Virus record (IMG/VR): IMGVR_UViG_3300021088_000001
Coordinates: 13,272-77,271 of that record
Source: a virus
Reading direction: 5' to 3' (one strand)
DNA: 64,000 bases
Part shown: positions 38,380 to 48,084 of the stretch, one piece after another
Layout: each line of letters begins with the position of its first letter
How positions within the stretch are numbered: the first letter of the stretch is position 1
Position numbers and translations under genes: made by a program
Notes under the pieces: generated by a model
The model's input: the letters and a program-made list of their open reading frames with translations, nothing else
Told to the model about the DNA's origin: nothing
The model's database searches: none

Positions 38380-38589
38380 TCAGTCTCCCCAATTATACTC
38401 AAAACCATAATCCCACTCTTGGCATAAGTAGTCGATAGCCTCATCATCTTCAACGGAAATACCCTCTTCTTTAGTTTCTTCAGTGGGGTAAATTATTCCG
38501 CCCTTACTGACGAGAAAATTTCCAGCTAATTGCGCCCACGCTGAGCATTCGTCCCATCTACTACTTAGATACTCATTTGCTTGTGGCAT
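38380..38589 (-). CDS. Hypothetical protein
   Basis: GGAGG RBS; AIDYLCQEWDY. Confidence 0.6.
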   Translation of the reverse strand: MPQANEYLSSRWDECSAWAQLAGNFLVSKGGIIYPTEETKEEGISVEDDEAIDYLCQEWDYGFEYNWGD

Positions 38590-38606
38590 ATTTCCTCCAA
38601 AATTCG

Positions 38607-38635
38607 ATTATAACTTACCTCGTGGCACTTGTCAA
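38607..38635 (-). promoter_or_regulatory. Consensus promoter for the primase operon
   Basis: TTGACA-17-TATAAT. Confidence 0.8.
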
Positions 38636-38661
38636 TGTCAGAGTGTTAATCCTCAGTATAA

Positions 38662-39639
38662 TCACTCCATTCTGTCGTGGTTCTCTCCATCAATAAGCTT
38701 TCTATATTGAATCCAGCCTTTAAGTGGTCCACTCCACAGTTGCTCATTCCTGTCCATATGGCTAATTCCTTTTTCCCATGTGCTAGGATATGATGGAATA
38801 TTGACACAGCCTGACAACAATTTATGCAATACTCTCTTCTGACATGGATTAGCCTGATGCTCAAATGCACTAGCATGCTTCCTATCAGAGCCAACAAGCT
38901 TATCATACACTTCAATACACTTTGCCAGACTATAATCTTCGTTCCTGTAACTCACTGCAGCACAGCGTGCACAGGATACTTTAATTGCGTCATCTAGACT
39001 GATTGGCACACCATCTCCGAGATGGAATGTCTGTCCTTTATAACCTAATGACGGATTAAAGCTATCTACATATGGCAGATGCCATTCTCCAGCTTTTAGA
39101 AATTGTGGAGTAGAAGTAGCCATAGCTGCTTTCATACATCGTGCTAATTCTTCCAAACTAGGATCTGCAGCATTGTGATTACGCAGCCAAAAGAAGTTAG
39201 CCCACTCTGTGCCGCTAATCACTGTCTTCATCATCTGCCAAGGCTCTGTGAGGCGGTTAAAAATTTGCTTACTGTAGCCAGCTTCATAGAATGACCTAGA
39301 CACCTTTATAGCCTCCAGTTTAGCCTCATGCCATGCAACTACTGGCGTGCTTCCATATGTGTCGTTATACACATATGCATCATGATCTCCACCATCCCGC
39401 ATTCCCGGATTAGCTGCTCCAAATCGTACAGGCATTCCTGTAAGCTGCTTCTGCATCTTCTCGAATGGAATAGCTCTACTGGATGCAGAGTTCTTTGGTA
39501 ACATCCGATGCGTATTTAGCTCAGATAGTATTATCCGAGGATACTCAATTTCCATTGTAGTAAAACGAATTCTTGCCTCTGAAATGCTATCACAGAGTAT
39601 TGTGGCTTTGATGCCAACTCTACCTTCGATTGTGATCAA
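38662..39639 (-). CDS. thyX: Flavin-dependent thymidylate synthase-like protein
   Basis: ELNTHR..NSASSRAIP, NRLTEP, RCAAVSY, HASAFEHQA. Confidence 0.85.
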   Translation of the reverse strand: MITIEGRVGIKATILCDSISEARIRFTTMEIEYPRIILSELNTHRMLPKNSASSRAIPFEKMQKQLTGMPVRFGAANPGMRDGGDHDAYVYNDTYGSTPVVAWHEAKLEAIKVSRSFYEAGYSKQIFNRLTEPWQMMKTVISGTEWANFFWLRNHNAADPSLEELARCMKAAMATSTPQFLKAGEWHLPYVDSFNPSLGYKGQTFHLGDGVPISLDDAIKVSCARCAAVSYRNEDYSLAKCIEVYDKLVGSDRKHASAFEHQANPCQKRVLHKLLSGCVNIPSYPSTWEKGISHMDRNEQLWSGPLKGWIQYRKLIDGENHDRME

Positions 39640-39858
39640 TTACTTATCCTTTCCGGTAATCTTCTTAAGCTCATTAAGAGCCTTAATCATATAATCGATA
39701 TCTTCAATAAGAATTGATATCTCCTCATTGCCATCAATAACACTAAACCAATCAGATGACGCCCGGTCATAATGTAGAATCTCCTCTGAAGTTCCAAACT
39801 GAATTTCAGTAATATCCTCATCAGTTGGAAGCATAGCTCTTATATTAATATATGCCAT
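39640..39858 (-). CDS. Hypothetical protein
   Basis: GGAG RBS; ORF in operon. Confidence 0.55.
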   Translation of the reverse strand: MAYINIRAMLPTDEDITEIQFGTSEEILHYDRASSDWFSVIDGNEEISILIEDIDYMIKALNELKKITGKDK

Positions 39859-40020
39859 TATTTCTCCAATTTCTCATAAAGTTTATACAACGAAACACTC
39901 TCAGAATAATATCCATTACTCTTTCCAAGCCACCAGATATCTACATAACCTTTAATCGTAGCAAGCTTATAGAATGTCCATGTTGTTTTAATGCTACTCC
40001 TGATGATCTTCTGAATATCT
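39858..40020 (-). pseudogene. Probable C-terminal remnant of a common phage protein
   Basis: [21 protein letters not shown] motif without a credible start or RBS. Confidence 0.45.
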
Positions 40021-40950
40021 CTAGTAAAATACTTCTTTACCTCTCTGATAAGGCTTAATCCTCCCATCCAAAAGAGCATTAGAAAACCTCTGAAAATAAT
40101 CATCTAAATACAATTGCCTAACAGCATCATAATTTTCATAAGCAAATTCTCTCCACCAACCTGATGAGATGCTCGTACAGCATTTGAAAAGTGCATAGTC
40201 AAATGCTTCTCTGGGCGTCATACTTCCTGTATAGGGTACTAAACTACGCTCAATTGCCAATACCATCGACTCTTCCACTACACTGAGCAATTTAATATTT
40301 TCATCGGAGGCTTCAAATTTATTTTTGCTACATTGCACTTCAGCTTCATCTACTTTAAAATACATGTATGCTGGCTTATCTAAATGTTTTATTGCCACGT
40401 GGATAGAGTCATGGTCATAGATGTATGGCACATTATCTGTGAAGAATTCATCCTTAGATTTATTCAATTTAGGATGTGAGTAGTTATAAGTATCTTTCAT
40501 ACGTTGATTGTAGAACTCATAAGCACTCTCTGGTATGAATGCTCCATGTTGTCTCATCAACTTAATATCTTGTCGTGTCTTCTCGAAGTGGGGAGAATTC
40601 TTAAGATAGCGGTGAGACATCTTGAGCATATAAAGACAGTTCAGACTTGGAATTAATGCATCAGTACCATTTAGCACAACTTGCTCAAAACCTTCCTCCA
40701 TATGCACAAACTCTTTAAGTCTCTCAGCCATACTGTCAGGCCAAGCCACTTCAGCTTCAATAATACGTCTATCTGTTTTTACATAGACTGTCTTACCACT
40801 ATTTATAGGATATTGTGCTAACACTTTCTCACCAAGATTATTGATGAATTCTTGGATTTCATCATACGAGCCAACGAGGTCTAGATCAGCAGGTTTTCGT
40901 GGCAAATCAATATGATAAGCTAATGCACAGCTTCCGATTAGTACTAGCAC
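40021..40950 (-). CDS. Nucleotidyltransferase-like protein
   Basis: LIGS..DLD motif at N-terminus; AAGGAG RBS; KMSH and HDSIH motifs. Confidence 0.65.
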   Translation of the reverse strand: MLVLIGSCALAYHIDLPRKPADLDLVGSYDEIQEFINNLGEKVLAQYPINSGKTVYVKTDRRIIEAEVAWPDSMAERLKEFVHMEEGFEQVVLNGTDALIPSLNCLYMLKMSHRYLKNSPHFEKTRQDIKLMRQHGAFIPESAYEFYNQRMKDTYNYSHPKLNKSKDEFFTDNVPYIYDHDSIHVAIKHLDKPAYMYFKVDEAEVQCSKNKFEASDENIKLLSVVEESMVLAIERSLVPYTGSMTPREAFDYALFKCCTSISSGWWREFAYENYDAVRQLYLDDYFQRFSNALLDGRIKPYQRGKEVFY

Positions 40951-40963
40951 AATTTCTCCTTAA

Positions 40964-41200
40964 TTAACAACTTTGATTACTTGGATGCCAACCTTTATCG
41001 CCCCACGGAGAATCATCGGTTGGACAATAGAAGCCACCAACACTGTAACCCTCTTCATATGAGTTTCCTTCTCCACCCCATGGAAGCTCAAACACTATAT
41101 TAAATTCGTTAGAGAGTTTGATACACTCGTCAAATAATTCACGAAGTTGTGCACATTTTGACGACAGCAAAGCTGCTGCAGCTTCTTGTGTATGGTCCAT
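40964..41200 (-). CDS. Small protein ending WHPSNQSC
   Basis: ATG 1 nt after the upstream stop; 78 aa. Confidence 0.7.
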   Translation of the reverse strand: MDHTQEAAAALLSSKCAQLRELFDECIKLSNEFNIVFELPWGGEGNSYEEGYSVGGFYCPTDDSPWGDKGWHPSNQSC

Positions 41201-41201
41201 A

Positions 41202-41474
41202 TTAACAATCATACGAAGAGCTATTCCACTCAGGATGCAGCTCTTCAACAGCCTCAAAATCATACTTCAACTCTCGCAAGTCTATAGTAATTCCAGACAG
41301 TGTAACAAGTTCTTTGATCTCTGTCAATAGAAGTTTGATAGACTGAATCTTTGCAGCGCAGTCAATTGAAGCTTGCTTCTGGATGATGAGTTTCTGACGC
41401 GCAAACTCTTTCAGATCAATTGTTGGCAGCTCTACCAATTCTGCAGGGTTGGCTTTCTTTTTGATTTCATTCAT
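41202..41474 (-). CDS. Small protein ending WNSSSYDC
   Basis: AAGGAG RBS; ATGA overlap with the hydrolase stop. Confidence 0.75.
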   Translation of the reverse strand: MNEIKKKANPAELVELPTIDLKEFARQKLIIQKQASIDCAAKIQSIKLLLTEIKELVTLSGITIDLRELKYDFEAVEELHPEWNSSSYDC

Positions 41475-41959
41475 TTTACTATCTCCTTAGCTAAATTTAA
41501 CAAACGTTTATCTGCTCTAGTAAGAACTTCAAGCAGCTTTATTTTTTCTTCCAAATATATTACTGCAAATTTCGGGTCGTGTCTACAAATACTTGATGTA
41601 TTACTTATCAAATCTGCACATTTAATTGTTTGGATATGTGCTGGAGCTTCTGATAATCTCGCACAAGCTGCAGCCTTCCTTTGTGCCCGATTACCTACTT
41701 CCATATCCGATAGCCACCAAACACCTTTAGCAACAGTGAAACCGAAATGTGCCAATAGGACATCATATTGCACACCTTGATCCTCCATGCAGTCATGTAG
41801 CCACGCTGTCGCTATACATTGTTCACACTCAGACACACTGGCTGTGATAGCAGCCACTTCTGCTAGATGTGTAATGTAAGGCTCTCCTGTGTATTTTCTA
41901 ACTTGGTTTTTATGTTTATCTCGTGCAAACATCATTGCATTATATACTATATCACTCAT
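41471..41959 (-). CDS. RelA/SpoT-type HD small alarmone hydrolase (Mesh1/SAH-like)
   Basis: HKNQVRKYTGEPYITH..LHDCMED..IKCADLISN. Confidence 0.88.
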   Translation of the reverse strand: MSDIVYNAMMFARDKHKNQVRKYTGEPYITHLAEVAAITASVSECEQCIATAWLHDCMEDQGVQYDVLLAHFGFTVAKGVWWLSDMEVGNRAQRKAAACARLSEAPAHIQTIKCADLISNTSSICRHDPKFAVIYLEEKIKLLEVLTRADKRLLNLAKEIVK

Positions 41960-42248
41960 TTGTCTACCCGCCAACCAATATACCATCCACCACCCTTATC
42001 ATGATTTAAACACATACTAAATGTGTTATTAGCTTCAGCTTCCTGAGCATTCACACAAGCATCCATCCAATATCCATTTACGAATTTTGCATAATATACA
42101 ATAGTGTTAAATCCTTGTATCTGGTACACGCTATTGTACAGTGGCTTGATTGCAAATGAAGTCCAATTGAAGCCTGCGGGACCGTTTAGGGCACGTTCTG
42201 CTTCAGAGGGGTTGGTCCAATCTGTGATCTTCAACATTTCGCTTCCTC

Positions 42249-42701
42249 CTAGTAATAGAAAAGATGACGCCCAACTCTCTTGCAAAATTTCAAATGCCAC
42301 TTAGGATGAACATATACAGCATGAAAGCTGCTACATCCCTCCACAACAGGCTCCATATTAATCAACATTTCTAACTCTGTCAACTGTTCAATTGTAACAC
42401 GAAGCTTTGTGTGTTTAGTGAACCCGCTAAATTGAAAGGGTTCCTTTAGCACTTGGCATGCTGTCATATTTCTTTGTCTCATGCGTGTTAGAATTACGTC
42501 GATTATTGCTCTTTTGCCCTTCACAGGTTCTCCTCCTGCTTCAGATTTCACAGTCCAAGCAATGCATATTGCATCTTCGGACATCGGTAGCCCACCCTCC
42601 ACAATTCCTTGTGGAAATGTAATAATTTCTGGCAGGCTTTCTGAAGCTAGGCAAATTGATGCTAGTGACAATAGGAAGCCTATCAGAAGGTTTTTAATCA
42701 T
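42249..42701 (-). CDS. SleB-like cell wall hydrolase with signal peptide
   Basis: SEAGGE..QFS..FHA..PKW..VGRHLFY. Confidence 0.8.
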   Translation of the reverse strand: MIKNLLIGFLLSLASICLASESLPEIITFPQGIVEGGLPMSEDAICIAWTVKSEAGGEPVKGKRAIIDVILTRMRQRNMTACQVLKEPFQFSGFTKHTKLRVTIEQLTELEMLINMEPVVEGCSSFHAVYVHPKWHLKFCKRVGRHLFYY

Positions 42702-43975
42702 GCAGCATCTTCTCGGTCTAGACTTTCGCAAATTCCTTCCATCACTTTGAAGAAATAACTCTTACTCTTCAGAAAATATGGAGTGTGCTTGCCAGTATCA
42801 ATCCGCAGGATAACTCCCTCACTAGGATGACTACCATCAATCACATCATCTCCAAGCGTCTCAGAACGCTCTGTGAGGCCATCAACAAGCTTCTGCAAGC
42901 TCTCTGTATCACCGTCATAAACAATAGCAGGATGCACCTCTACAGGCCCTAGAATCTGCCTATCAGCGCACCATTGATCAAGCTGCTTCTGTGTGAAGTC
43001 TATATTAACACCATTCACATCTGCCTGAGTGATACGGTATACATGGAAGCGGTATTCATGCTCTTTGCAGCCATATTTGTAGATAATACTCTCTCCATAT
43101 TTCTTCTGGAAAGCTTTATCTTTTGTAGCCTTAGCAGAGTGAACAGCCATAATTGGCTTACCATTAGCATAGCCTGCAATCTCACCATAGACTGTCATAC
43201 CATTTACCATATGTGGTTTCAGCATCTCGGCTACATCAAAGCGAAATTGCTCACTTCCGTGAAATCCATCTTTCTTCTCTGTTAGCACTGTGTTGCGTGT
43301 ACCAACAACATGTGTGTACTCTGTGTTAGGAAATACATTTGCAAACTTATTCACAACCTGCTTCCACTTAGGTAGTTCTATATTTGTCAGTGTCAATCCT
43401 GAGCGATGACTTGTACCATGAACTTTAGCATGGAAGTGAATCAAAGCACCTTTAGGAATCAATCCTACATTGTGCTTGAATTGATCACTATCTACATGCT
43501 TAGCAAACAATGGTGTCACAGACACTTTAGCTTGCTTAGGACGATTTTGTCGCGCAATACTATCTCGTGTTGCTTGGCTAATGTATTTGCAGCAGATTGG
43601 AAACTCATTCACTGTGTCAAATGTCTCTCCAAGAGTTCGATAACCATCACGTCCTGTATAGAACAAGCTAGACAATGGTGCAAAATACCCTTGGCTCTTC
43701 ACCTTCAAGAATGGCTGCACTCGTACACGCCGATTCTCGTCAAAGAATCCAGATTTTGTTGTATCAGAATTCAATTCACTCCGACGAAAAAGATTATTCT
43801 GTTTGCAATACTCTTCAGAGAGTTGTGTATCTGCGGGGAAGAACACACCAATGTATCCTACTCCTGTGTCTTTGCTAACGATAACATTCTCACCAAGCAC
43901 AACAGCTACGTGAATCTTGTCTGCTCCCGGAATAGGAGTGACAGAAGTGATTGCTGCAATAATTGCTTTACTCAT
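42698..43975 (-). CDS. RNA ligase (Rnl2/DRB0094-like) with N-terminal OB-like domain
   Basis: IPGADKI; KVHGT motif I; YGEI; EGVILR; LKSKS. Confidence 0.85.
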   Translation of the reverse strand: MSKAIIAAITSVTPIPGADKIHVAVVLGENVIVSKDTGVGYIGVFFPADTQLSEEYCKQNNLFRRSELNSDTTKSGFFDENRRVRVQPFLKVKSQGYFAPLSSLFYTGRDGYRTLGETFDTVNEFPICCKYISQATRDSIARQNRPKQAKVSVTPLFAKHVDSDQFKHNVGLIPKGALIHFHAKVHGTSHRSGLTLTNIELPKWKQVVNKFANVFPNTEYTHVVGTRNTVLTEKKDGFHGSEQFRFDVAEMLKPHMVNGMTVYGEIAGYANGKPIMAVHSAKATKDKAFQKKYGESIIYKYGCKEHEYRFHVYRITQADVNGVNIDFTQKQLDQWCADRQILGPVEVHPAIVYDGDTESLQKLVDGLTERSETLGDDVIDGSHPSEGVILRIDTGKHTPYFLKSKSYFFKVMEGICESLDREDAA

Positions 43976-43977
43976 AG

Positions 43978-44467
43978 TTAATCCCTATACCCGGCCTCAA
44001 GCCGACGAATTTTATGTTTCAGATTATAAATTGTGGCGATATCATACTCGTTGCTATTACGTGATACACGAAAAGAAATACCATTGAATGCGCAATCTAG
44101 AAATTCAACGCGCAGTATGCCACAGTGATTCTTAGCACGCTCAACTATATCATGGATAGTTCCACCAGCAGTCTCAGTTATCTCCATAACTTACCTTTCC
44201 GGTTTCAAAGAGAATTTGGCATACTCTTATATGTCTTGAAATGCGCTCACTAGAGTCTTCATCTTGATGGTAAATATTAGTAGCTCGCGTCTGTGTGTTC
44301 CAATTATACTCCCATACCATTGTTTCTGAAAATCTACCACCATCTATGCAAGACGATTCTCTATCAATCGTACTAACAAAGAAACAACGGTCATTGTGCC
44401 ATACATAACTTTTAATTAAGTCCTTGTCTGGCATGTAGTATTCACTCATCAAATTGTCCCTCAACAA
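43978..44467 (-). CDS. Two small hypothetical ORFs (43978-44187, 44174-about 44449)
   Basis: Overlapping ORFs in operon. Confidence 0.5.
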
Positions 44468-44993
44468 GTGTTACTTCCATCTTCATACAAGATACACGAT
44501 TCTCATCTTTCCAAATATCTGCAGCTTCACGAGTGGGATGTAATTCTCCTGCAACAAGTTTTCCAGCATGTTTACACACGTTTACATATCGTGCCACGGT
44601 AGTTGCTTTCTCTGGCACATTCTGGAGATCAAGTGGATGTAGCACATTATGCCCTACATAATAACCATCTGTAGTGTAACTAGTTAAGTTTTCATGATCG
44701 CTAACATACCCTACAACTGGATAATTTCCACGCGCACAAGAACTAAACAATTCAAATGGATTTCCAGACTTAGTTTGGAGAGGTTTTGACCAATCAATAG
44801 CCTGTGGCTCTTCTACAAGCTGGAATCGTGATGCAAGAATTTCTACAGTATCATACACAACAATATAATCTTCTTCCTTGCCATCACATTTGAATACTCT
44901 TTCAAGTACCGTGTAAATCTCATTTTCTGTCAGTGCGCTCCAACTCGGAGCATCTACGCATTTCACTCTGTCCCCAATTTTAAATTTAGACAT
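44442..44993 (-). CDS. Hypothetical protein (FKIGDRV and IDWSKPLQT modules)
   Basis: GAGG RBS; common phage modules. Confidence 0.65.
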   Translation of the reverse strand: MSKFKIGDRVKCVDAPSWSALTENEIYTVLERVFKCDGKEEDYIVVYDTVEILASRFQLVEEPQAIDWSKPLQTKSGNPFELFSSCARGNYPVVGYVSDHENLTSYTTDGYYVGHNVLHPLDLQNVPEKATTVARYVNVCKHAGKLVAGELHPTREAADIWKDENRVSCMKMEVTLVEGQFDE

Positions 44994-45015
44994 ATTCCTC
45001 TCCTTAGAGTTATCC

Positions 45016-45387
45016 TTAAAGTTGTTTCTCAATAGCAGTAGCAATCTTCTTGAATGATACGCCGCTGTCATTATGGTTATACAGTGTGTCAAATGTACCT
45101 TCGAGCTTTACGCTAGCATCTCCTGACAATCCGGCCCATTTATACACTTCTTCAGGAGGAAGCTGCTCTTCTCCACCATACTCAAAGTTATAATCTCCAG
45201 ACAGACATTCATCTTGCACGACATTATTCTGCTTACTGGCAAACTCTGGATGATGCTTAGCATGAATATTACAAAGCACTCCGAGGCAACAGAATTTGTT
45301 ATCACTACTCCGCAAGACACATCGCCCTTGTTTATACTTTCCACTGCGCAATTCAGCAACCCACTCAGCTTTGATTTTTGCATACAT
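45016..45387 (-). CDS. Conserved hypothetical phage protein
   Basis: WVAELRSGKYKQG..CCLGVLC..ND..SF..IA. Confidence 0.7.
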   Translation of the reverse strand: MYAKIKAEWVAELRSGKYKQGRCVLRSSDNKFCCLGVLCNIHAKHHPEFASKQNNVVQDECLSGDYNFEYGGEEQLPPEEVYKWAGLSGDASVKLEGTFDTLYNHNDSGVSFKKIATAIEKQL

Positions 45388-45418
45388 TTTAGTTCTCCTA
45401 ATTCGTTAATATGAAGCG

Positions 45419-45447
45419 ATTATAGATTAGATTTTATGTAGTGTCAA
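45419..45447 (-). promoter_or_regulatory. Consensus promoter
   Basis: TTGACA-17-TATAAT overlapping a stop codon. Confidence 0.8.
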
Positions 45448-46280
45448 GAGATTTCAATCTCCACCTTGTCAAAAGCCTTCTGTGGAGTGGCCACAAATGG
45501 TCCTGTCACTGTGCCCTCGAAACCTCTAATATTTAAATTACACCCAACTCCTAATGGCATATCTGCTGAAAATGTTCCTACAACATCTTGCCCATTTTTA
45601 AATACAATTTCGATATCTCCCTTACAAACGTGAAGAATACTGATGCTGTCCCATTCTCTCGTATTCATTCCACATACTCCAGTGCTTCCTCAAGGGCTTC
45701 CATAAATTTCTCTGGGTCTAGATATTCAATACATTTTTCAGCAGTTTCTGCCGATCCAAATCTTACATCTGTTACAACTAGCGTGGTCATAAAAGAGCGT
45801 CTAATTGCATATAGCATTGCTGCTAGAAATTCTTGTTTTGTCATTTCAGTTTTCCTTCCTTTTTAAGATTTTCTATATCAGCAGCTATAAATGCAAATGG
45901 TAGGCATGTTACTCCAAAAAAGATAATAGCAAATAACCACGGAGAATAATTTATAATAGCAATAATTCCATAAAAAGCACCAATTACTCCAAAGAATATA
46001 ATCAGAAACCATTTAATAATAATCATCACAGCACCCCAAATATACGTTTAAAACTTTCCCACAAGCTAGGCTTGAAATAGCCATAAGGAATCTCACTCAT
46101 TCGTTTGCTACTGTTAATTGGAGTGCAAGCAAAGCGGATACCTTTACTTTGAAGTTTATCCATTCGATTATTGAAAGCGTGGTCAGTCATATTTATCTTC
46201 CTTTTGTGAGTTTTTAATATTCTAGGTTCAATTCCTTGACTTCTAGGGCTTATAATGAACATTTTGTATTTCCTTTTCAT
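45444..46280 (-). CDS. Run of small hypothetical ORFs (45444-45668, membrane 45841-46029, basic 46026-46280)
   Basis: Overlapping starts/stops. Confidence 0.5.
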
Positions 46281-46341
46281 TTAGAAAGCATGCTTATTTA
46301 TTTAGAAAGAGAGCCTAGTTTAGATTATTTTAGATTTCTTG

Positions 46342-47050
46342 TCAATACTCTAGAGCTTCGTAATGCAAAATAAGTTTATCAACAAGTTTTAGACGTTCTT
46401 TCTGTATTCTAACAGGCGTAGCACTTAGTGGCACTTTACCACTACTGCGTAGATATACAGCGTAGTCATCATATTTTCCAAGATGTCCCTTGACTAGATC
46501 TACCAGTTCATCTTTCACATCTATATATCCTATCATACAACTATCTGAATATTTGGAGTGGTATTTGCATATAGCAGATCTAATGGCGAAACAAATATAT
46601 TCTTCGTAAGTCTCGTCCCAGTCATCACTGTCAACGCCATCCCACAACATTATTCTTACACAGTGCAGCACATCTAGATGCTTTTTATAATCACTCATTT
46701 TCCATATCCTCATAATAGTCAATCAGGGCTTCAATAAGCATCCAGCGTTGGCATTGGACTTCATAAAAGTTATAGTCAGGTCCGAGGTTTAAAATTCGTT
46801 TACTAATAAGAAGGTCATCATAATATGCATATGCTTTCAACACACTTTTAATCTTATTCTCTATCTTGAATGAAGCTTCATAGACCTCAAGAGAATTAAT
46901 ATGTGTTAAAGAACGTGTAATCATATCTGTTGCTTTAGTCACTGCAAAGCAAACATACTCTTCTTTAGATTTATCTTCAAGACTGCCATCTGCTAATAGC
47001 TCTTTTGCTGTCTCAAGTATCTCTCTGTATACTGAATAACTCTTCTTCAT
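46342..47050 (-). CDS. Two tandem paralogous hypothetical proteins (46691-47050, 46342-about 46698)
   Basis: Shared EEY[IV]CFA motif and Q..R..L...LI..YE ending. Confidence 0.65.
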
Positions 47051-47529
47051 ATCGCCCTCCTTAAATTAGTAGCCCTAATTATTTCATATATTTTTGTAAT
47101 TGTAAAGTGTTTTATTAGGATATATGTAATTTGTAAAATATACTTTACATTATGTAGCTTGAAATTTTAACCCCTTTCAAATTTGAACAAGAAAAGTACC
47201 CAAAAATATAATTTCATAATTCTCTTAGCCAACCCGGTACGCAAAGTCATTTTCATTTCTGGTCTACCCTATCTAGGTAGAGTGACAACATTCTTTAAAG
47301 AAAGATTACCAGAATAAAACATTTCTGGATTACAAGATTGCTTCCAGATAACACTATCGGTTTCTGGTTTCAATAGGAAATTCCTATCGTAGCTGGCGAG
47401 CATTGGCATAAGGTAACTCCCTTCGGTAGTTCTTTCATTTTGGCAATAGTGGGTTATACCTACAATTTTGTAGGTATATTATAAAGTAAGCGCGCAGGGG
47501 GTACGCTCGGTCGCTTTGCTCCGTGAAAG

Positions 47530-47666
47530 AATAATAGCTTAGCTAGTGAACTAAGTCAACATGTATTTTGTGGAAGTTTTACAACAGAAAGTCATTTAGC
47601 CATAGCTCGGCGCTCGCGAGACGAAGCCCGTATTGCAAGAGTAGGAGATAGTGCGAAGGCTGTCAA
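47530..47666 (-). promoter_or_regulatory. Two leftward sigma70 promoters
   Basis: TTGACT-17-TATTAT (about 47530-47558); TTGACA-17-TACTCT (about 47638-47666). Confidence 0.6.
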
Positions 47667-47789
47667 GCGTTATTTACTGCACAGCGAATAACATACTTTT
47701 GCATAGTAACTACATGCATGTTATCGTGCACTATATAGACTAACCTCCGGCATAAAATTAACATTTGTGAATTTGTACCGAAATACAGC

Positions 47790-47818
47790 TTGCATTCTGT
47801 CTGAAAGTGTTCTATCAT
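47790..47818 (+). promoter_or_regulatory. Rightward early promoter
   Basis: TTGCAT-17-TATCAT. Confidence 0.65.
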
Positions 47819-47824
47819 TCCCTT

Positions 47825-48080
47825 ACTCGCTCCACGGAGTGAATAGAAACAAGCAGACAAGTAAGCTAGTAAGACATGGAAGCCGTCTTTTAATTCACGT
47901 TACGGGCCTAGCTGAAAGAATGAATGTTTCGAGAGCAGTTTGTTAGCATATGCACTATCATTGAAGCTTGCATAGAGTCGTCAACAAATAGGTACTATTA
48001 TGTGAATCTTGAGAGGTGGCAACCTAAAGTTGCGAACATGATGCTGTTGCCCGATCAGCGCAGAAAACGGGTATCTTTTT
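47825..48080 (+). ncRNA. Candidate structured RNA/leader ending in an H-type pseudoknot
   Basis: Several hairpins plus TGCTG/CAGCG and TGCCCG/CGGGTA crossing stems. Confidence 0.5.
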
Positions 48081-48084
48081 CTAA

